This document shows positions 58,143 through 64,000 of a stretch of DNA of 64,000 nt, piece by piece. Numbering within the stretch: the first letter of the stretch is position 1; each line of letters starts with the position of its first letter. Origin of the DNA: a virus. The notes below the pieces were generated by a model. The model was not told where the DNA came from and did no database searches. It saw nothing but the letters and a program-made list of their open reading frames with translations. The stretch is from positions 1-64,000 of the IMG/VR virus record IMGVR_UViG_3300043424_000316. The stretch is one strand, 5' to 3'. The translations under genes and the position numbers were made by a program.

Positions 58143-60028
58143 CCGAATGACCTCGCTCTTCCAACAATATCATTGTTTGGATATTTTATTTCAAAAATCG
58201 AAGGATCTAGTGATGGGAATAATACACCATCTTTAATAGATTGATCTATATTGTAAGCATGGGGTGAATAACCTAATGAAGGATCAAATAGATTCTTAAT
58301 TTTTACATTAACAACAGTTTGAACTCCAGGAACTCTATCAAGTTCTGTAAATATATTACTGATGATGATTGGTTGATTTATTTGCCATTTTTTAACATCA
58401 AAGTAACTTTTCAATCTATCGATACATCTAAGAATTACTTGATTGGAATTTTCATCTGGAAGTGTAATAATATCAAATTCAATTCCGATGTTTATGATAT
58501 AAGCATCTCTAATGTTTATGGCATCTGTTAATAGTCTATACCAATTTAGATAATTTTTGAGATTTTCTTTTGTTGCATCATTTACAGTTGTCAATTTTCC
58601 ATTTATGTCATAACCCAATACATAGAAATTTAGAGCCAAATCATTTTGAACTCTATCACTATTAAAAATAGAATCTCTTGTTAGTTGGGTATCTTTTGTT
58701 ATGTATGCCTTTGCTATAGATCCGTATCTCTGTGGTAAACTATAAGCACGGATTATGTAATCTTCTTTTGTTACCGCTCTATTTTGTGCAGCAAATGATG
58801 CAACTGCATTGTATCTGATTTCATTTATATCTTCTTCAACTTTACCACCAGTGGCAGGTTCAGGATTGGTAACTGCCAAACTTGATACGGCCTGTGAATA
58901 AAGAACAGGATCCAAACCTTCTTGATCAAGAACAACATTTCTTCTCAATATATTGGTTAATACTTCACTTGGAACATTATCAGTATTACCATTCCCAACT
59001 GTATAATAAAATGTTAGTGTTGTATTATTAGGAGAAAGGCCGTATGTTTTTGTATAAAGAAAATTTGAAGGATCAATATCTATCGATAGATTTGGATTAG
59101 TCATTGGTAACGAACCACCAACTAAATCCGGATTAGGTATCAATAGTTCATCATCAACATCACTAATTCCCGCACCAAATTGTATTTCATATGTACCATT
59201 TGAGAATTGTCTTGTTGTAAATCTTCTTGGAATTTTTTTCAGTTTTAACAAATAGGGTGTTTCCAATCTATATTTGCTAAGTTTTGCATCATTTCTTGGG
59301 ATGTTAAGAATTGGTTCAAATACAGTATCTTGTGATAAGTAAGGTACATTTGTCCATACGTTTCCTTCACTATCAGTTGCATATAAAACTTCTATTATGT
59401 TTTCAACTTCTAATGTTACCTTATCATATGGTTTTGGATCACTAAATGTAAATTCAGCAGTACGAATATCACCAGATACCGCTTTTGTTGATTTTCTAAG
59501 CAACCAATAAGTAACCTCGCCAGTGGTATCATCTATTTCATACGGAGTAACTTCGGTTGGATCAAAACTACTACTCGTTTTGAAATCAACATAATCTATT
59601 GTTCTAAAACTAACATCACCTTCGGCTGTTGGTGAAACTACCATTCCAGGTTGTACCGCAAAAGCATAATCAAAATCAGGAACAACACTTCCACTGATTT
59701 GTTTTGCCGGAACAATCTGAAAAACATCTAAAACAACATTTGCAGAAATTCTATTTTTAGGTGTATAACCCAATGATTGTGCAATGTTTAATATATTTTG
59801 ACGTTCATTTGCGAACAAAATCATCGATTCTTGTAGAGTAACATCGGTATAAAAAGATAAGACATCACCAACATAAGCAGCCATTTCCATGAACATCATT
59901 CCTGGAGATGCCTCGTTAAAATCTTGGTATGTATCTGGAAAATAATTTTTGCTAAAATCTACAAGTGCCTTTTTTAGCGAATTAAAATCTCTGTTTGAAT
60001 AACGAATGTCTTTGTTTATCAAGGCCAT
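58139..60028 (-). CDS. Baseplate wedge protein (T4 gp6-like)
   Basis: RDFNSLKKALVDF, YQDFNEASPGMMFMEMAAYVGDVLSFY, YEIQFGAG, AQNRAVTKEDY. Confidence 0.88.
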   Translation of the reverse strand: MALINKDIRYSNRDFNSLKKALVDFSKNYFPDTYQDFNEASPGMMFMEMAAYVGDVLSFYTDVTLQESMILFANERQNILNIAQSLGYTPKNRISANVVLDVFQIVPAKQISGSVVPDFDYAFAVQPGMVVSPTAEGDVSFRTIDYVDFKTSSSFDPTEVTPYEIDDTTGEVTYWLLRKSTKAVSGDIRTAEFTFSDPKPYDKVTLEVENIIEVLYATDSEGNVWTNVPYLSQDTVFEPILNIPRNDAKLSKYRLETPYLLKLKKIPRRFTTRQFSNGTYEIQFGAGISDVDDELLIPNPDLVGGSLPMTNPNLSIDIDPSNFLYTKTYGLSPNNTTLTFYYTVGNGNTDNVPSEVLTNILRRNVVLDQEGLDPVLYSQAVSSLAVTNPEPATGGKVEEDINEIRYNAVASFAAQNRAVTKEDYIIRAYSLPQRYGSIAKAYITKDTQLTRDSIFNSDRVQNDLALNFYVLGYDINGKLTTVNDATKENLKNYLNWYRLLTDAINIRDAYIINIGIEFDIITLPDENSNQVILRCIDRLKSYFDVKKWQINQPIIISNIFTELDRVPGVQTVVNVKIKNLFDPSLGYSPHAYNIDQSIKDGVLFPSLDPSIFEIKYPNNDIVGRARSFG

Positions 60029-60042
60029 GTTTTATCTCTTAT

Positions 60043-60552
60043 TTAATAATTTTCGGGATATATTGCAGGAATCTCTATCCCACCAGTAACAGATATAAAT
60101 ATCTGAATGGGTAAATATATCGTTGTTTCTCGTAGTTTTACGGTAAATTCTATCTTTATTGCATGGTCATTTTCGGACAAATATGATTCTTCTGGATTTA
60201 TATTGACCACTAATTTTTCCAATGTTAAAAAAGGCATCCATTCTTTGAATGCATCGACTATATCACTTTTTATAGCATCTATAAATGTTTCTTCACTTGT
60301 TATATTCTCAAAAAGAATATATCTAAGATTTGTTCCAAAAGTTGGCAGCATATATCTTTCACCCTTAGCGGTGAGAAGTAGGTTTCTTATATTTGAATAA
60401 ATTTGTTGTCTGTTTGTTACACTTTGATAAAACACTCCCTTTGGGTTATTGAATGGCATCAATACACCAACAAATTTATTACTTTTAACAGAACCCTCAT
60501 TTACGGGTTTTGTAAAATACTCCCATCTATTTCTACCTAATCTTTTTTCCAA
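60043..60552 (-). CDS. Baseplate protein gp25-like
   Basis: NIRNLLLTAKGERYMLPTFGTNL...F; EWMPF. Confidence 0.88.
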   Translation of the reverse strand: MEKRLGRNRWEYFTKPVNEGSVKSNKFVGVLMPFNNPKGVFYQSVTNRQQIYSNIRNLLLTAKGERYMLPTFGTNLRYILFENITSEETFIDAIKSDIVDAFKEWMPFLTLEKLVVNINPEESYLSENDHAIKIEFTVKLRETTIYLPIQIFISVTGGIEIPAIYPENY

Positions 60553-60555
60553 TTA

Positions 60556-60984
60556 TCATCTCCCTTTTTTTTCATCTATTTTTTTCATAAGAGCAGAATA
60601 GTCTTTTGTCAATGCAGACATAACTTCACTTGGTATTTCGGCTTTATTATACCCTTGTGGTATTGGTGCACTACCTCTTTCATACCCAAAACCTTCAGCC
60701 ATATCCGCAGTGAAAGTAAATTCATCTTCCATCTCATAACTTTCTTGAAGACTTCTTTTAGTTTCTTCTAATAATTGCTGTATAGAAGCAAATTCTGTTT
60801 TTTGAGTTTTAGGTTTAACAGTTTTTTTAGGAGACTGAATCTCATTGTACATAGTCAATCCATGTTTCAAGGTGGAAACATCATCTTTTTTCGTTTGTTT
60901 TTGATTCAATTTTTTTGTAAGAGCATAATCTATTTCCTCTCTTATTATTGAACGTATTTCTTGTAAAAATTTTTTCGTGTCCAT
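60556..60984 (-). CDS. Hypothetical protein
   Basis: IRSIIREEI N-terminus, ALTKDYSALMKKI C-terminus; AAGGAG SD. Confidence 0.6.
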   Translation of the reverse strand: MDTKKFLQEIRSIIREEIDYALTKKLNQKQTKKDDVSTLKHGLTMYNEIQSPKKTVKPKTQKTEFASIQQLLEETKRSLQESYEMEDEFTFTADMAEGFGYERGSAPIPQGYNKAEIPSEVMSALTKDYSALMKKIDEKKGR

Positions 60985-60996
60985 TCTAAAAACTCC

Positions 60997-63633
60997 TTAT
61001 CCAGGTTCTACAATTTGATCATATAAATTATTTTTTAACGTTTTTAATACCTTTTTATCACCACCTTTAAGTGCTTTGTAATAACTATCAACTAAATCAG
61101 TTCTTCTAAATTGTCCGTTCATTGTTGGTTCTATTTTTTGATATTCTGATGTTGGTGTTAGTTTGTGAAATGCACAATGTTGGCCTGGTTTTTTAGTATC
61201 TCCAAATTTCCATATAAATCCTTTTTGAGAAGCAAACTGACCACCTGCACCTGTAACCGATCCACTTTTTGTATTACCACCAAGTCTCCACATTGATCCA
61301 TCTGGATTAAGATAACCACATAATTCTATATGGCTTCCACGTGTAATAATAGAAGTTTCCCAACCTCGTTGACTTAAAAAATGTTCCATTAACTTTTTAC
61401 CCATTTCTGTTAAACCACTTCCATTGTAATGAACACCATTTATGAAATATATTGAAATTGGATTCGGTAAAAGTGATTCATATACTTGAATTGCAATTTT
61501 TTCGGATTTTACACTTTCTTTGTTTTTTGGTTTTCCTTTGACTATAACTGTATTATTAGTTACAGTTTTCTTCTCAAAATGTGTCTTTTTGTAAAAGGTG
61601 TACATTTTATTAAATTCTCTTTGATCACCTTCCCCCGAAGATGGTGATCCCATTTTGTAAAATTCAGGATCAACTTCCCAATTATTTGTTTCAGGATTTA
61701 TGAACATGGGTACATTGCCGTATGTGCCATTAGTTTCTTTTGTAATTGGGTTTGGTGTATTTGCAGAATAAGTAATAGTAACTCCATTTGCTACTGACCA
61801 CTTAAATTGTCTTACTGGTTTATATCCAGAATGTTCACAAGCGTGTTTAGCAAACATTCCACACCAATGATGTATTTCTGCCCAATTTGAGTATTGTAAG
61901 TCCGTTCCAATCCCATATTTACCAGTTGGACCAAATCCTGCATTTTCTTTAACCATTCTGTGTTGTTCTGTTTGATTTTCTGCAACATAAGGAACTACAT
62001 TATTTGGTATACCAACTTCTGGAAAATTCATTATTATTGGATAATCTATCATTTTCAATAAACTTTTATCCGATGGAATATCTACACCAAGAACAGGTTT
62101 TTTAGTCAAACCGCTCCAAACTGCACCAAAATACCATTTTACAGAATGTGTTAATTTAGATTCTACTTTTAACTCATTTTCTTTTAATCCTAAATTTTCA
62201 GTTTTTTGTGCTCGAAATCCCCAATTAGGACCTTTAACTGGAGGTGCTGATGTTAAGTTTATCAAGTGTGATGTTATTCTCATAGATACTGGAACCTCTG
62301 CCTTAGATTCTTGTAAATCTCTCAATTTCGCAGTTGTAAGTGCCTTACTATTTTCAACATTTACAGGTGCACCCTCTGGTGATTGATTTGATTTTTCTTT
62401 CGCTTCAAATTTTTGTTCAGGATCAGTTGGGTTTGTTGCTGGGTTTTCATCATTTGGTGTATCTGTATTTGATGCAGGTGGTTCTCCCAATCCCCAACCA
62501 ACGTATGTATTTCTTGGACTATCATCGGATGAACCATCTGGTTTTTTTAATCGAGAATCAACCAATTTCGATAACCACTCAGCAGCAGTATCTCCACCAT
62601 TTATTGTTACATTTTTTGATGAGTATTTTGTACCATTTATTATCAAATTACCGTCATCTTCAAATGCAATATCACCATCGTAATTAGAATTTGGTGCAGT
62701 TACACCAGATGGTGGTTTAACAACAACGACCATTCCATATTTGGATTCAGGTTTTATCACATATCTAATGGAAGAAACATCTATTTTTTCAGATGGATTT
62801 TGAGGATTTTTCAAACCTAATGCATCATTAAATTTACTAATCTTTTCTTCATCAGACAAATTAAAATAATCTTTTAGATTAAATGTTGTTGTTCCTACTG
62901 TAAATGTATCATCTTGCCAAGCAGCATTTTGTTTTGATATATCTGTTTCAGTATCGGAATACTCTGTACCTTTTCTATCGATTGGATATTGAACACCTTT
63001 GTACTCTACATATTTTCCTTTACTACGATTTCTACCCTCTCCAAAAAATGATGGTGGATTAGTACCAGTACCCTCACCGAATTGACCACTTCTATCTCCA
63101 CCTGTGTTTTGTTCACCATTATCTGGTGTATTATCTATGAAATTATCATCTTTTGGTGGTTGTTCTTCTCTTCCACCGCCAGTTCCACCACCGGTATTAG
63201 TTCCACCAGTTCCACCACCGGTATTAGTTCCACCAGTTCCACCACCGGTATTAGTTCCACCAGTTCCACCACCGGTATTAGTTCCACCACCAGTTCCACC
63301 ACCGGTATTAGTTCCACCGCCAGTTACACCACCGGAGGTACTACCGAAAAGATTTGTAACAAAATCCGCAATAGCTAAATCTGGATTTGAAGATTGTACA
63401 GTAGTATTTCCAGATCGTGTTTGATTACCAGAACCACCTGTTTGTGTACCACCAGATTGATTTCTTCTATGTCCACCGTCTTTGTCTGAACGGTTCTTTG
63501 TTGAATCATCTAATGTATCTACATCAGTTGTCTCCTTTTTTCTATTATCTCTAGCTCTAGTATTTAATGAATTTCTCGTGGTTTTATCACGAGGTGCTTC
63601 ATCTTGTTCTATGTCATCTACTGTTCTTGGCAT
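60997..63633 (-). CDS. Tail/baseplate-associated protein with C-terminal CHAP/NlpC-P60-like amidase
   Basis: HWCGMFA (catalytic Cys), GSHIEL (His) and LGGNT motifs; disordered Gly/Thr-rich N-terminus; lies just upstream of the gp25-like gene. Confidence 0.55.
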   Translation of the reverse strand: MPRTVDDIEQDEAPRDKTTRNSLNTRARDNRKKETTDVDTLDDSTKNRSDKDGGHRRNQSGGTQTGGSGNQTRSGNTTVQSSNPDLAIADFVTNLFGSTSGGVTGGGTNTGGGTGGGTNTGGGTGGTNTGGGTGGTNTGGGTGGTNTGGGTGGGREEQPPKDDNFIDNTPDNGEQNTGGDRSGQFGEGTGTNPPSFFGEGRNRSKGKYVEYKGVQYPIDRKGTEYSDTETDISKQNAAWQDDTFTVGTTTFNLKDYFNLSDEEKISKFNDALGLKNPQNPSEKIDVSSIRYVIKPESKYGMVVVVKPPSGVTAPNSNYDGDIAFEDDGNLIINGTKYSSKNVTINGGDTAAEWLSKLVDSRLKKPDGSSDDSPRNTYVGWGLGEPPASNTDTPNDENPATNPTDPEQKFEAKEKSNQSPEGAPVNVENSKALTTAKLRDLQESKAEVPVSMRITSHLINLTSAPPVKGPNWGFRAQKTENLGLKENELKVESKLTHSVKWYFGAVWSGLTKKPVLGVDIPSDKSLLKMIDYPIIMNFPEVGIPNNVVPYVAENQTEQHRMVKENAGFGPTGKYGIGTDLQYSNWAEIHHWCGMFAKHACEHSGYKPVRQFKWSVANGVTITYSANTPNPITKETNGTYGNVPMFINPETNNWEVDPEFYKMGSPSSGEGDQREFNKMYTFYKKTHFEKKTVTNNTVIVKGKPKNKESVKSEKIAIQVYESLLPNPISIYFINGVHYNGSGLTEMGKKLMEHFLSQRGWETSIITRGSHIELCGYLNPDGSMWRLGGNTKSGSVTGAGGQFASQKGFIWKFGDTKKPGQHCAFHKLTPTSEYQKIEPTMNGQFRRTDLVDSYYKALKGGDKKVLKTLKNNLYDQIVEPG
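63181..63318. repeat. Coding tandem repeat, 27-bp unit x5 (GGTNTGGGT)
   Basis: agttccaccaccggtattagttccacc starting at 63181, 63208, 63235, 63262 and 63292. Confidence 0.92.
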
Positions 63634-63661
63634 ATTTTTCTCTATTTTTGTTAATCAGTTA

Positions 63662-64000
63662 TCACCAAGCTATACCAACCGTTACTGGTCTACCGCTTCC
63701 CGCATATTTTTTACCATTTGCAAAAAATTGTCTTGATGCACTACCATCAGAAACACCCATATTTTTTACATTTCCTTTATAGTAATTGAAAACAGCAGTT
63801 GCAAGAGTACCTGGATCGGGTATGGATGTTGTTCCTGCAAACCAAACTCCATTTTTAGTCACTCCTATAAATGATGTTCCACTATCAAGTCCTAATTTAT
63901 CCAACTGTTCTGGTGTGTAAGTGGAAACTTTTCCATTATCAATAACAAGAGCAGAACCCGGTGCAGAGGATTTTATTCCCTTTGCAGTATTTACTGCCTT
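63662..64000 (-). CDS. C-terminal fragment of a gene entering from beyond the window; possible phosphodiester glycosidase-like domain
   Basis: Frame open to 64000. TSFIGVTKNG and VSDGSASRQFFANG...RPV resemble RTAIG...LDGGGS...RPV. Confidence 0.45.
   Translation of the reverse strand, partial: KAVNTAKGIKSSAPGSALVIDNGKVSTYTPEQLDKLGLDSGTSFIGVTKNGVWFAGTTSIPDPGTLATAVFNYYKGNVKNMGVSDGSASRQFFANGKKYAGSGRPVTVGIAW

Noticed and set aside
63181-63318. 27-bp direct repeats as a CRISPR array
   Set aside because: Units are head-to-tail with no unique spacers, in frame within a CDS, and no cas genes are present.
1-64000. Stop-codon reassignment as in some large phages
   Set aside because: Core genes are full length under the standard code, and TAA, TGA and TAG all terminate genes at expected positions.
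1-64000. tRNA, rRNA, major capsid, tail sheath, small terminase, integrase or transposase genes
   Set aside because: None recognised; intergenic gaps are mostly too short for RNA genes. The capsid gene probably lies beyond base 1.

Overview
AT-rich segment of a large T4-like (contractile-tail) bacteriophage genome. All credible genes lie on the minus strand, use the standard code and are tightly packed. Read in coding order (64000->1): possible tail-associated hydrolases (phosphodiester-glycosidase-like fragment, CHAP-like protein); baseplate genes (gp25-like, gp6-like, a large wedge protein, five paralogues sharing a C-terminal YIT..GLY..L.A.AKL..P domain); a DNA-processing islet (T7 endonuclease I-like resolvase, primase, single-chain Mre11-Rad50); long Ser/Thr/Gly-rich fibre genes interleaved with glycosyl- and methyltransferases, including a TibC/Aah-type protein O-heptosyltransferase domain; a 28-repeat RCC1 protein; candidate lysis genes; and the head module (TerL, portal, prohead protease, start of the scaffold) containing ribosomal protein bS21 and an Alt/VIP2-like ADP-ribosyltransferase. 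The layout resembles described freshwater bS21-encoding phages, and two promoters matching the Bacteroidota housekeeping consensus suggest an FCB-group host. Leading hypotheses: (1) a phage-encoded system that O-glycosylates virion fibres, with the proline-poor G-T-S/G-S-S triplet tracts as likely substrates; (2) a translation-takeover module, since many genes carry Shine-Dalgarno motifs and the phage bS21 appears to lack the anti-SD-sequestering Tyr; (3) an ADP-ribosyltransferase with an unannotated 42-aa coupled partner. All functional calls come from motif recognition by eye; no database searches were run.
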